A stretch of 64,000 bases of DNA from positions 184,625 to 248,624 of the forward strand of contig RHPI01002090.1 in assembly GCA_009103225.1 (NCBI GenBank), read 5' to 3'. Shown here piece after piece: positions 26,243 through 38,517 of the stretch. Under the pieces are notes generated by a model that was not told where the DNA came from, made no database searches, and was given only the letters and a program-made list of their open reading frames with translations. The number at the start of each line of letters is the position of its first letter. The first letter of the stretch is position 1. The position numbers were made by a program, and so were the translations under genes. The DNA is from Chlorokybus atmophyticus. Taxonomy: Eukaryota > Plantae > Mesostigma and Chlorokybus algae.

Positions 26243-28580
26243 TGTACAGGATATGCCAGTAGTTGTAGACATGCATGACATCACTCACAGCATGCCAAAC
26301 ACTGCTCCGCGCAGGGCCTCTACGTGGCAGTTAGACAGGTGGTGGGGTTGCGTGGTGGGGTTGAGTGGGTGTGTCCTTCGCACGGGCACTCTGCGTCACA
26401 GGCAGTTTGCTCCCCGCGCATATTCACTATGCACCAGCTGGCGTGGTGCGCGCTGATGTGCATGTGGTCGTTGCTGTTCGAGCGCCGGTGCTTCTGTGTT
26501 GTCAAGTACACGACCTTGTACAACAGTGCGGGCAGCATGCGGTGTCGCCGGCTCCAGCTCTGCACTGCATGCATGGCTAACGGGGCAGGCCCCTACCGTA
26601 TCTGCAGCGCAGTCTCAATCACACTAACATGCATGGTGCTCCCGGTCAAGCACCCAATACGTATGCAGCTGCAAGCTAGCAAACAGGCGAAAGCACACGA
26701 CACAGGACTCCTATGCCGTAACATAGGTATAGCCAAGGCGCTTGCCACAGTGCAAGTCACCTGGCTTGCCTCTGGCATGGGCCGGTCCCCACGAGACCAC
26801 CAGGGCGTGATGTGTACAGGATATGCTGCCAGTAGTTGTAGACATGCATGACATCACTCACAGCATGCCAAACAGCATGCAAGCACATTGTAACACAAAC
26901 AGTGTGCATAGCCCGGTGGTTGTGTTACAATGCGCTCGCATGCTGGTTGGCATGCTATGAGTGATGTCATGCATGTCTACAACTGCTGGCAGCATATCCT
27001 GTACAACCACCGGGCTATACACACTGTTCGTTCCAACCTCACTACACTACACTAGTCTAGACGTCCCCGTTAGACATGCATACATGCGTATTAGTAGTGC
27101 ATTACCTGCCCACACGGGCTCTGTTACTTGGCGTTGACAACGGCAGCTACAGCCGCAGCAAGGATGACGACTCCCTCCCGCCTGCTCTCCCTTCCCGCCA
27201 CCAGCTCAGCTCTGCGCAGCAGCTGCTGCTGCGTCGCTTGTTACCCCAACCCTCGCAGTGCAGTGCCAACGTCAGCACTGCACCGCGCAGGGCCTCTACG
27301 TGGCAGTTAGACAGGTGGTCGGTGGGGTTGGGTGGTGGGGTTAACAGGATATGCTGCCAGTAGTTGTAGACATGCATGACATCACTCACAGCATGCAAGC
27401 ACATTGTAACACAACCACCGGGCTACACACACTGTTTGTTCCAACCTCACTACACTACACTAGTCTAGGCCTCCCCGTTAGACTGTGTGCGTATGCATCA
27501 GATTGGACACAAGCGTTGTTGACATAGGCTGCATACATAAGGAAACACTACCTACATGCATACAGATGTTCCCCAGTTTTGCTTCCGCACGTCCAGCTTC
27601 GAGCTGGACGCGAGCCGTGTGGTAGTGCCACACCTTACGCGCATGCACACGACGCACAGACCAGTGCACGGCACAGCTGTCGCCACGAGAGCGCAACCGC
27701 CAGCACTGACTCCATCACTGGCGCAGGCGTCCACCTCCGTCGTCGTCTTCAGTAGCCCTGCAGGCACCAGAGCCCATCCCCAGCATGGCCGCAGCACCTC
27801 ACTCCACGAACAGCGCCTGCATGCGTCTCCAGGCTGCAGGAAAGCCCCCCTGCACTACCACCATGCATCTCGTCGACAGCACCAGTCCCCCTCGCATATG
27901 CATACGTATGTGTAGGCCTAGAAGTTGTTGCCCGCGTACACAACCCAGCACGTGCTAGTACTAGTACTACCGCCACTGCATGGTACATGCTCGCATGCAC
28001 CGCGAGGGACCTCGACGCAGCTGATGCACAGCGGTGCAGCCAACGAGCCTGCGTGTGGGTGCTGGGGCACTGAGGGGAGGACCCCGAGACAGGCAGGCAG
28101 CAAGAGTTCCACCACTGAAGGACAGCAGAGGGGGCGGAGGAGTGTGGAACGTGAGAGACGAGGATGAAGAGGGAGTGTGTACAGGGTATGCTGGCAGTAG
28201 TTGGAGACATGCATGACCTCACTCGCAGCATGCCAAACAGCAACATGCAAGCACATCACAACACAACCACCGGGCTATACACACTGTTTGTTCCTCTGTG
28301 TGAGAGTGAGTGTGATGGTGGGGGGGTGGCGGGGGGGGGAGCGAGGAGTGCCCTGAGCATTGCACGCTGGTGTTGTGGTCGTTGCAGCCCGGTGTGTACG
28401 CTAACAAGCACTACTGGGGAACGGGTAGGTGCAGTGACTGCTATGAAAGCCTGCATGACTGACGTGGATGGGGTGTAGTGGTAGTGAGAGAACACCTAGA
28501 TGCATACGTACATGCGGTGTAGTTGTAGTGATTAGGTTAGGTAGTGGGTAAACCCAAATGTGATGTAGCCCGGTGGTCAA
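26243..28580. repeat. Complex degenerate repeat array with a conserved ~130-bp core
   Basis: The core caggatatgctgccagtagttgtagacatgcatgacatcactcacagcatgc... recurs at ~26243 (5' part only), 26813, 27344 and 28178, the later copies continuing into accaccgggctatacacactgtttgttcc. An inverted copy lies at 26920-27005 and an inverted fragment at ~28565. Confidence 0.9.
26813..27005. repeat. Long inverted repeat (86-bp arms, 21-nt spacer)
   Basis: Arms 26813-26898 and 26920-27005 match at 81 of 86 positions by manual comparison. Confidence 0.95.
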
Positions 28581-29628
28581 GTTGATGTGTCTCTGTAATG
28601 TAGTATGCTGTATACGTATATTATATGCAATGCAAGAATCATGGCATGCATGAGGGTGTGAAACATGCATGCAACGCAAGCTACCTACCTACCTTGACTA
28701 TCAACCCAACCCCATCAGGCATGCAGGCATGCACGTGTGCCTATCTGCAGTCAACGGCGTTGTCGATGTCTCAATGTCTCAGCACGCAGCGGGTGCTGCA
28801 ATCAAAGCCACCTCCCTCCCTCTCCTCCGCCTCGTTGTAGTGTGCTGGGGATGGGATGAATGTGCGCATCCCATCCCCCTCTGCATTGACGCGACAGCAC
28901 TGCTGTTACTGTGGTTGTGCGTTGCAACGCTGGCGGCCAAAGCAAGGGCGGCGTGGTAGCAGTCAACTAACGGGCAGGGGGACTGGACTCGACTACTAGA
29001 CTAGTGCTAGCCCAGCACGGTGCTGCTTCTTGCCCCGAATCCATCCGACTGAGACCGACTCCTCTCTCTCTCTGTTTCTCTGTCTCTCTCTGCCTGGCGC
29101 GGTGCGTCGCCCCCTCCCCTCCGCAGCGCAAGTGATACACCTGCAGCTTGCCCACATGCATGGGATGATGATGACGTTCTTGCACAACACAACAGATGCT
29201 TGAACAGTTGTGAAGTCGTCGGCTGTAGTGCTGGGATTGTTCAAAAAGAGCCGCTTCTCAAAGGTGTCCATCACGCCTGCCATCTGCAGCGTGAGTGGTC
29301 TCTCCTGTGTGATGTGACAACAACAAAGTTGGCATGTCTTCAGCTGATGGCTGGTTTGTGGAGGCGCTGTTGGTCGTTAGTAGTAGGCATGCATGCATGC
29401 ATGCAGTTCAGACCTTGGTCGACAAGAACTCCGTATACATACATCATGCAGTCGAGCTGAAGCTGATCGCAGCAGTCTAGTCTCTCCACCTTGGTTGGCG
29501 TATCAACCAACCCAACACAGCAATGCCATGGATAGTACTCACACCGCGGTCAAAGCCGCCACTAGGCAGTGACACAACCATGCATTGCAGGGCACACCAT
29601 CGTTCTCTTCATGCTTGCAGGTTGCAGG

Positions 29629-30485
29629 ATGGAAGCGGCGATGATGATCTCATCACCAGGCTGCCGCGTTGTTGCGCACATCTGCAGACAGCAGGGTCAC
29701 AGAAAGGTTGCAACACCGCAGCGCATGAAGCCCTGCAGACTTACGCTTCCACCTGATATCAGCAAACACAAGCATGCTTCTTCTTGGCTTGTAACCTCAG
29801 CCTGCTCGTCTGATGGTGGCTCCTCCAACAGCAACGGACCGGACAAGGACATGACAGGTTATTCGTCTGAGGTACAAATGCGTGCATGCATGTGCGTGTG
29901 TGTTGCAAGCTTTCACTCAAGCTATCAAGCAACAACAAAGCCATCCAAGGTTGTGTATATGCAAGCTGATTGACATACAATTACACACAGGACATGCTCG
30001 ACGCGCACGCAATAATAGCAAAGTCTCTTGCTATGCTAAAGGGGTTCATTCCCAAGGTGGAGGCTGTGAAGCAGGGTCATTATAGAGAGTTGCGGAAGCA
30101 GCAAAGCATGCAACAGAAATGGGACCTAATTGTGGAACAGGCCGTGGCGCTGTCGGCACAATCCGCGTTGCTGCTGGAGATCAGTATAGCCAACACGCGG
30201 CTTCTTCACACGCTGCTTGTCATGCAGAGGGAGGGGTCTGTGCCTGCTGCCAACGGTGGTGACAGCAGTGTGGAGTTGTGGGTGGCGGGAGGTGTCAATT
30301 ATATGGACATGACAGTCAAGTTCAGTGAGGCCTTACGGTTGAACAAAACGCACGCACCGGCGCTGAAAGCGCTCCTTGGAGTAAAGGCCGAAGAACCTGC
30401 AAGCGATGGTGGTGCACAAGAAGCAGCGGAAGGAGCTGCAAACGAGTGTGCAGAGACGGAGCAGCGCGGCGATTGTGGTGATTGA
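29629..30485 (+). CDS. Orphan coiled-coil protein, paralogue 2; transit-peptide-like N-terminus
   Basis: Exons 29629-29871 and 29991-30485 are in frame. Same intron position and homologous sequence to 24904-25786 (MEA...SPG.RVVAH.CRQQ; LDAHA..AKS...LKG; S.ANTRLL.LL.MQ). Confidence 0.72.
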
Positions 30486-31935
30486 GAAGTACACAGAACG
30501 CCCTTCTTTTCTACATATGATCATGAGGGCATTCTGTGTGTTATGTACAAACAATGCGGGACGAGGTGTGTTGCTTCCTTGACTGGAGTCTGGGGGCTGT
30601 CACCAACACAGTGCAGTCCAACAGGCGTCCAGTTCGTGTGTTCGAGGAGTCAAGTTGACAAAAATCAGTTGGTAACACTGGCTTGCGGTGTAGGCGGACG
30701 CGCTAATAACAATATACGCACATTGGGCGCGGTGGCGGGGTGCCGCGAGTTGTTCGTGTTGCGACACCATTGCTGTCGGCATTGACAATACTGGCTTTGG
30801 CAAGGACCGCTTTGTTACAGATCCAATAATGGATTGTGGATACTGGGGGTTAGTGTGTGGGATTGGCAAGTAGCTGCATGCATATGTTGTGCCTTATGCG
30901 CATCGCCTGGTAATCTGTACAGTGTAGTGTACAGGATTTGTGCGAGGCAGTGTGAATAGCCTGGTTGTGTGTATGGTGTGTTTCTTTGTAATTTTGCTTT
31001 CTGAGGTGCCTGGGTACTGTGTGCATGTGGCAATTGTGCAAATGCATTGGATACAAGCACTACTGAATAACGCTGCATCGTGTATGGCTCTGGGAGTGAC
31101 AGTCTGCGATGCCGCGTGCTCAGCCACCACTTGCCAGTCCACTGAATCAGCTGCCATGGCTGAACAACATCTGCGTAAAACGACTTCATGCGGCCTACAT
31201 GCAAACTGCACCGCCGCTGCACCCTGACTCAGCAATCCGCTTGTACTTGGAGCCGCATCGTGTATTGCTTGCAGTAGTCGCTTGCACAGCTGATTTGCAG
31301 AAAATGAAATTGGGAAATGCCTAGCTTTGTGCCTTCACCACGATGATATAAGCATGCTAGCCGCGGCATACTTTTGTGTATACATGCATGTACAAATGTT
31401 GAGGTGTACTGTACTGTACTGTGGTATAAGTGAAGGCAATCCGTACCTTCAGCCACTGAGCGAACAAGCCTGCTTTCTTGATGTCAGAGCAAAAAAATGA
31501 CCCTCAAATTACGCCAATAGCATCACCTCGACATGCTCTGTCCACAGGCCAAAGCAGCAGTATTCGTACACGAGTCAAGCATCCATCCATTTCGCACTTG
31601 CTGTGCAATGTGAGCTCGTCCCCTACATGCCACTGTAGTTTGCAGCGAACCTTACACCATGCAGCGAGCCACCCAGCAGCTGCACAAGTGGTGATGTCGC
31701 TCACGCGACCAACAGCCCCTGCGGATAACATGCACCGTAAGACTACTGAGCCTGACGGGCCACTCTAATCAAACGCCTGCAGGTTGACACAGCATGGTCA
31801 CTCCTTTGCAGGAGAGGTTTTGCTTGCCTTGATGTGAGTGCGCAATGGCCTGCCAGTAGCATCCACATCGCGGTGTTTGCGCATTCACCTGCTGCAACAA
31901 TGCTTGCACAAGATGGCTGGCAGTAATGGGTACAA

Positions 31936-34879
31936 CTAGCCATTCTGCTCCTGGGAGTCATAAGCGTTTGACTTGTGCTTGGGAGCAAACACGTAATTTG
32001 AAGGCGGAGGTCCAATCAGCATCTCTGAAATGCGAAGCCAATCAGCGGCACTGTCACTCGCCATTAGAGTTTCCAACTCATTGCGGCCCCGATAAGCCGG
32101 CGGCCTCCAAGTCATCTGCTGAGGCTGCACCTCCAGTAGTCCGACAGGGATATATCGGTGCATGAAGCTGAGCCACTCCAGGAGAAAGCGGCGTGTTGTT
32201 TCGACTCCCTTATCATCAGAACCCCAGTGCTGTAAGCCAAACTTAACGAAGTCCTTCAAGATGTCCAACCTCTCCGTCGCAGATATGTCCCAATGCCGCC
32301 GTTCCTTGATCTCCGTGAAGAGCCAAGGTTTGACCAATGCGCCACGTGCAACCATGCAAGTTGCAAGGGGTGACTGTGCCATGTGCGCCTCGTAATCGGT
32401 GAACGAAAACACGTCGCCATTGCCTATCACTGGAAAGTCTGATGCAGCGGACTTCACGCACTGGTCTATGTACTGCCAGTCTGCCAGCTTAGAGTACCGC
32501 TGCTGTCTTGTCCTACCATGAAGAGTCACAGCTGCCGCTCCCCAGCCTTGCAAGTTGGGGATGATTGTGTGCGCAACGTTCTGCTTGTCATAGTAGCCCG
32601 TGCGCAGCTTGACTGTGAGAGGGACATCTAGCACCGCTGAAGTAGCTTTTACTATGGTCTCAATGCGGGAAGGCTTGAGCAGCAAACTAGAGCCGGCGTT
32701 GCGTGATTGGCAAACAATATCAATGGGACAGCCCATGTTGATGTCCACAAAATCCACCTGGCATTCATCGTTGAGCAGCTCGGAAACACGCGCAAGGGTG
32801 TCAGGGTATCCGCCACAGACCTGTACGCCAAACATGTCCTCAGACTGGTGGCGCCTAAGGAGTGCCCACTCGGATTGCATGCCTTGAAGAAGGTTCGTTG
32901 CCATTGCCATCTCTCCGCACGTGATGTCCACACCCAAGTTTTTGCAAATGCGTCGAAAAGGAAGGTTGCCCACGGTAGTCAAAGGAGCGAGATACAACTT
33001 GTTCCTGAAGTCCACCAGCTTCCTTTCTCGTTTGTTGTCCCTGATGGCGACGGCATCTTCCAACAAGCCTCCATCCCCTGGTGTGGACGCCCCAGATGTG
33101 TTCTGAGCTTTGCCTCTGTACTTCAGCTGCAAGCCATACAAAATGTCAAGGATACCAGCGTTGGCGAAACTTGTACAGTGGCAGCACCAAACCAAGCCCA
33201 ATCATGAGGTATAAGCACACAGCCAACTCCCTGTTGACCCATGTAACCTTGCGCGCACACTGACTTACGAGCGACGTTTGAAAGCAATGGACCCAAGCGA
33301 CGTGCCGATTCACAGCTTGCAGCAGCAGTATCTGTGCAGCGCATACCTGAACACCCAGGCCTTTCAGTACAGCATCCGCTTTGGTGAATGGTCGGGCATC
33401 GCGCCTCAGCTGCACATGCAGCTTGTGGTCCAAGTAATTTACCTGCAAACTCCCTTCAGCGGCTGGTCAGCACACGACAAACAAGCTGAACAATTGTAAG
33501 CACCTCATGCAGGGCGTTGTGCGCAAAGTCATCTTCAGACAGTGTAGATGTTGAAGCGTCAGCAGGCTGGTGAGAAGAGGCAAACCGACAAGAAACACCA
33601 TAGGGACAACCAGCACTATCTGTGCCTTCAAGGGTATACGGACAAGCGCCAGGCAAGTCCGCTGGTTTCTGCAGCAAGAGTTGACCGTCATGCACTACAC
33701 AGTGCTTTGCACCAGCACATACACACAACATGACAAGCTGCACGCCAAGCGTCACAGCGCACCTGCGCAAGGAAGGCCTCAACATCATGGTTCTGGTTGC
33801 ACGCTTCGCCCCTATGGCAGTCAGAAGCATTACCACGGCGCGCAACCCTATAACAGAGCGTTTGGGTGCTTTTCCTTGCCTGCACATGTCAAGCAGTTGG
33901 TGATAAGCAACTAACAAGAGAGTGAGAGTGAGTGAGTTTGGGGACTTGAGCGCGTTACAGACAACACTGTCATACCTCCTCACGAGCACGCTTCCTTGCT
34001 CGTTTGGACATGTTGTTTGATATCAATGGTGGTCCTGAATTGTTAAGGTCGACTTTTTCAGCAGTGACCGCCGCACCAGAGGCAACCACACGCCGCTCAC
34101 CAACCTGTGAGCGTGAGGTTCAGGAACAACCACACAACCAGCACATGTGCACCAAGTGCCCAGTACTTCAGTCAAGCCAAGCAGCTGAGGTCCATGCGAA
34201 CAACCTGTGGGTAGGTGCTGTGCACAAACGTTGTATGCTGAAAGTGGCATGATTGATGACTGGACGCACATGATCACATATGACCACAAATGCCACCATG
34301 AAGTCACAATTGCCTGATTTACATCGCACAGCATGTCTGTACCATAAGCAAGGCGACCTTTATGACAATCACGTCAGTCACAATGCAAGATGTAACAGTT
34401 CTTACAATGCAGCACATGCGCATGCAGAATATGGCAACCACGTATGCATGGCCTGAGGAAAGCGTGCAAAGAGTCAGCTGTGCAATCAAGTCGTAGCATG
34501 TATGCAATGGGCAGCAAACGCATTGCAGATGGTTGCAGAACCAATCAGACATGCGAGATATCACCATGCAGACACGATGTACCTTGAGCAGGTACTCCTG
34601 CTTGATAGGGGCCACTCCACGCTTGATGCGCTCCTCAGCTGTAACCACACTAGTATGACCATTCCCCGCGTCATCCACACCTTGCTTCAGTACCTCCGTT
34701 GTCACATGCTCCGCACCATTGCTTGCTCCAACACCCTCCCCTTCCCCTCCTCCCGCTCCCGCCCATGCAGCCTCCTCTCCGGCGGCGACGAGCGGCACGA
34801 CCACCTCTGGCACCAAGACGGAGGCAGCGGAAGCACCAGCCACCGCAGCCGCCTCACCATCTCCCGCCGCCGCCTCCAT
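31936..34879 (-). CDS. DUS3L: tRNA-dihydrouridine(47) synthase DUS3
   Basis: N-terminal GVAPIKQEYL; CCCH-like CPYGVSCRFASSH; long last exon KLVDFRNKLYLAPLTTVGNLPFRR...VDFVDINMGCPID...VTLHGRTRQQRYSKLADW...IGNGDVFS...HKSNAYDSQEQNG*. Confidence 0.96.
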
Positions 34880-35704
34880 GCCGAAAGCCTACGGGCCCCT
34901 GTCGGCGCCAACAACAGCGGTAACAACAGAGACAAGGAGGAGAGCAGCAATGTGGCCGAGGCGGCGGACGTAACTCGTCGAGTACGTGTATGAGGGGTAT
35001 CGCATTACGTCATCTCTTCGGTTACGCTTGCCTGCGTAAACTAGCGACCTGCTGCTTAGCAAGTCGCTGTCTTCAACATTGATGCAGTGTCGAACAATTC
35101 GACATTTAGACTCGACGTCGTCCCTTCCTTAAAGCACAACGTGAGTTTTAATTTGCGAGCAAACTACCGTAGATTCACAGACGCAGGGGCAAGTAACGTC
35201 TGTGTCGCAGCGTACGTTACCGCTCCGTGTACGCTACTTGCTGACGACGGAGACATCGTTGTAGTTCGTCTTGTCGTTGACGACGTCAAGGGCGGCGGCG
35301 GTGGGGGTTTGAGCATTGTGATCCAGTGTTTGGTGGTTGCTTGTGTGATTCTTGCTCACCCAGGCACACCTCACGCAAATCCATCTGCTGGGGTCATTAG
35401 GTTTGAGGGGAGGGCGGGGAGAAGACGTCGACTGCGACAGGTTGGGTGGTGCTGGGAGCAGCAAGGACGTGTTGCAGCTGCAAGTCAAGGTCAGCCTGAC
35501 ATTCGTCGACTATGGTTGTGATTGTTAAAAACTGAGGCAGCAGCGTTTGCTTTCTTTCGTGCTTCGGGTGTCTTTAGGGCACTGGTACCAGCAGCCAGCA
35601 AAAAGCAGCTCGTTGAGTCCGTGCGCAAGCTGACATTGACAATTTTTCTGCTTGCTACTTACAGACAGATTTACAGTGTTGGAGAGCAGTCGACCAGCTT
35701 CACC

Positions 35705-38124
35705 ATGCAAGGTTATGGGCAGCAGCCAGGCATGCCAGGCCAGCCAGGGCAACCTGGCCAATATGGCCAATATGGTCAGCAGCCTGGCATGCCGGGACAA
35801 ATGCAGCCTGGGCAGTATGCTCAGCAGCCTGGTATGCCCGGACAAATGCAACCTGGACAGTATGGTCAGCTGACTGGACAGTATGGTCAGTATGGTCAGT
35901 TTCCCCAGCAGCCCGGCATGCCAGGACAGATGCAGCCTGGCATGTATGGTCAACCCGGCATGTATGGGCAGCCCGGGATGCAGCCAAACGGTCAGTATGG
36001 ACAGCCAGCATATGGCATGCAACCCCAGCAACCTTATGGGCAACCTGGCGCCTATGGTCAGGCAGCGGTAAGCACTGCAGGTTTGTCGTGTGTGCATGCA
36101 TGGCCACGTCCAGCAGACACTCGTATATCAGCTTTGCACAGGGTTGGTTTCCAACAGGTTGCATGCTTCGGTTCATGATTTTTGATGCTTCAGTGTTGTC
36201 ATCTGTATGCTATGTGGGTGGCATGTTCGCCGCATTGTTCTCTGCTGTGTGTGGGGTGCAGAGGAGGGTTGGGAGAGTCCTTGACAGCTTTAGGAGGTGC
36301 TGGAAAAGTGCAGCTGCATTGGCTAAACAAGCGGGGAGGGATGGTGGGTGTATGAGGGTAATGAGAGTGAGAGACCCGAGACTCAGCAGAAGTGTTGTGC
36401 GGGAGAATGGTTGGTGTGCGTAGACTTTCAGTCACCCAGTGGTTTCAGCTCTGCTGGTTGTTGCAGCGTCTGTCGAAGTGCACTATATAAGCACATGCTC
36501 CGTTGCATCCGTCATGTAACAGACAAGTCATGAACATCAGCTGCATTGCTTGACTCGGTGTTGCTGTGCAGTATGGTATGCAGGCTGGTGGCACGGTATG
36601 CATGAAGTGCAACGGGGCAGGTAGGTTGTCAATCCCTGCCCATTCTCAAGTACATCACGCCCGAGTGTGCACATGCGCCTGACTCTGTCGGTACCTTACT
36701 ATGGAATAGGTCGGAAGATTGGGAAAAAAGGGCAGAAACCGTGTAAGAAGTGCGGCGGCACGGGGCGCATGGGCGGCATGCCAGGTATGCCGGGTATTCC
36801 TGGCCAGATGCCTGGTATGGCAGGGGCAGGCTGCGCAAAGTGCTCAGGTTCTGGCTTCAAGGTTGGGAAGGACGGCTCGCGGGTAAGCTGCAGTTCACCA
36901 TTGTTTGTGTTGCCCCCCGCTGCATGCTACTTAGCTATCCCTGACACTTGGTCTGTGTAATAGAAACCCTGCAAATGTGGTGCAACGGGAATGGCAGGTG
37001 AGACGCTGTTGTCTCCTGCATGTTGAGCTGTTATGCGGTTGTGTACATTGTGATTGTGCAAATACGTTACATTTCGTGATTGCTACTGTTGCAGGCGGTC
37101 CAAGTCCGTATGGCGCCGGCCAACCACACACGACTGGTTACAGCCATGCGGTAAGCCTCTACATCATCTGTTAGCGTTCTTGCCATCATCAGTTTCATTG
37201 GCAGTTTAGTCGTGTTTGCTGCTGCTGTGCAGCAGAACATATGCGCAAGCGAAGCAAGTTGTAGAGTAGCAATCACGCAGCTAGACCTTTGCTATTGTGT
37301 CTGCAGTTGTGAGCTTGTGCAGCAGACCACTCATGCCAGCAACATTCGTGTCGTTTTGCACTAGCTTTGCCAACATGTCTCAAGGCGTGCAGTACACAGA
37401 GGTAGCCCTGCAACCGTTTCGTGCTGACCAGTGTTGCTGGACGCAGACCCCGCAGCAGTTTCCAGGGCAGCAGCCTTATGGTGCACCAAGCGCTGCTGCT
37501 CCTGGCAAACCCATGCCTGGCTGCCCCAAGTGCAACGGTAAGCACTCGAGATTAACAACATGTGGCTCTGCTCCCAATGTCATTTGCATTCAGTCACAAA
37601 CACGCTTGTGTCGGACAGGCATGGGTACGAAAACCGGCAAAGATGGTGTTCCAAAGCCATGCAGCTGCACCACCGGCAAGCAGCCAGGAGCCGCAGGAGC
37701 GGCCGGGGCGCCAGGGTTCTTTGCACCTCTGCCTGGAGGTGGGATGCAAGCAGGCATGCAGCCTGGCATGCAGGCGGGCATGCAGCCCGGTGGTTACGGT
37801 ATGCCGCAGCCCGGCATGCCACAGTACGGTGCGCCGCAGGCGCAGTACGGCATGCAGCTGGGCATGCCAGGAGGTATGCCACAACCCGCCTACCAAGGAG
37901 GCATGCCGCAACCAGGTATGCAGCAGCCAGGGATGATGATGCAGCAGCCGGGGATGCCTCAGCAGCAGGGCATGCCCGGTATGGCGCAGCCGTCTGCGCC
38001 ACCAAGCGGCACAGGTGCTCCCAACCCGTCATGCCCCAAGTGCTCGGGCTCTGGCACAGCTATCTCAAAGAAGACAGGGCAGTCCAAGCCTTGCTCCTGT
38101 GTCACAGGCAAGGCCACCGAGTAG
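35705..38124 (+). CDS. Q/P/G/M/Y low-complexity protein with four CxKCxGxG...KPCx(1-2)C modules
   Basis: Phase-consistent GT-AG exons: 35705-36067, 36572-36620, 36710-36882, 36964-36997, 37095-37150, 37447-37537 and 37619-38124. Confidence 0.85.
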
Positions 38125-38517
38125 CGGGCTGTCGCATATGGGGTGTGTGTTGTTATCGCTCCACTCTGTCATTAACACAGTCGGTACTCTTTTTTGTTGA
38201 TGCCGTCCTAGCGGACTGCTACAAGCTGTCGGTGTAGCTGCCGTTAGCGTGTCAGCTGCGCTGCAAATCCTGTTGTACTTGCTCCACTTGTAATTATACA
38301 TTCCTTTCCACATCTGTTACAGACATACTATTGCCATGTCTTTTATTGCTATGCATCCTGCACCAAGGTACATGCACATCCGCCTGTCAGTGGTTTTTGC
38401 TTGAGCAAGGAAAATTGTTTTCTCAGATCTTAGCGAGCACTGCTTGCATGTGGAAGATGTCAATTAGTGCACAAAATCCAGTTGAACTTGCTTGCAATTC
38501 CAATATTGCAAGGCACT

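Larger units (their letters stand above)
23950..31050. repeat. Old tandem segmental duplication: ~23950-26260 is homologous to ~28740-31050 (offset ~4.7-4.8 kb)
   Basis: Collinear matches: 24196-24275 vs 28905-28980, 24380-24540 vs 29110-29260, 24600-24900 vs 29340-29625, the two CDSs, and 25850-26250 vs 30590-31050. Confidence 0.8.

Noticed and set aside
26243-28580. CRISPR-like array
   Set aside because: Eukaryotic context, repeats over 100 bp, irregular 500-800 bp spacing and no cas genes.
32600-33207. Plus-strand ORFs overlapping DUS3 (and similar ones opposite ClpC, ETFB and ACINUS)
   Set aside because: Antisense open frames are expected in GC-rich coding DNA and show no independent motifs.
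35705-38124. Assignment to DnaJ or BSD2
   Set aside because: No J domain (HPD) and no transit peptide; three of four modules end in CxC rather than CxxCxGxG.
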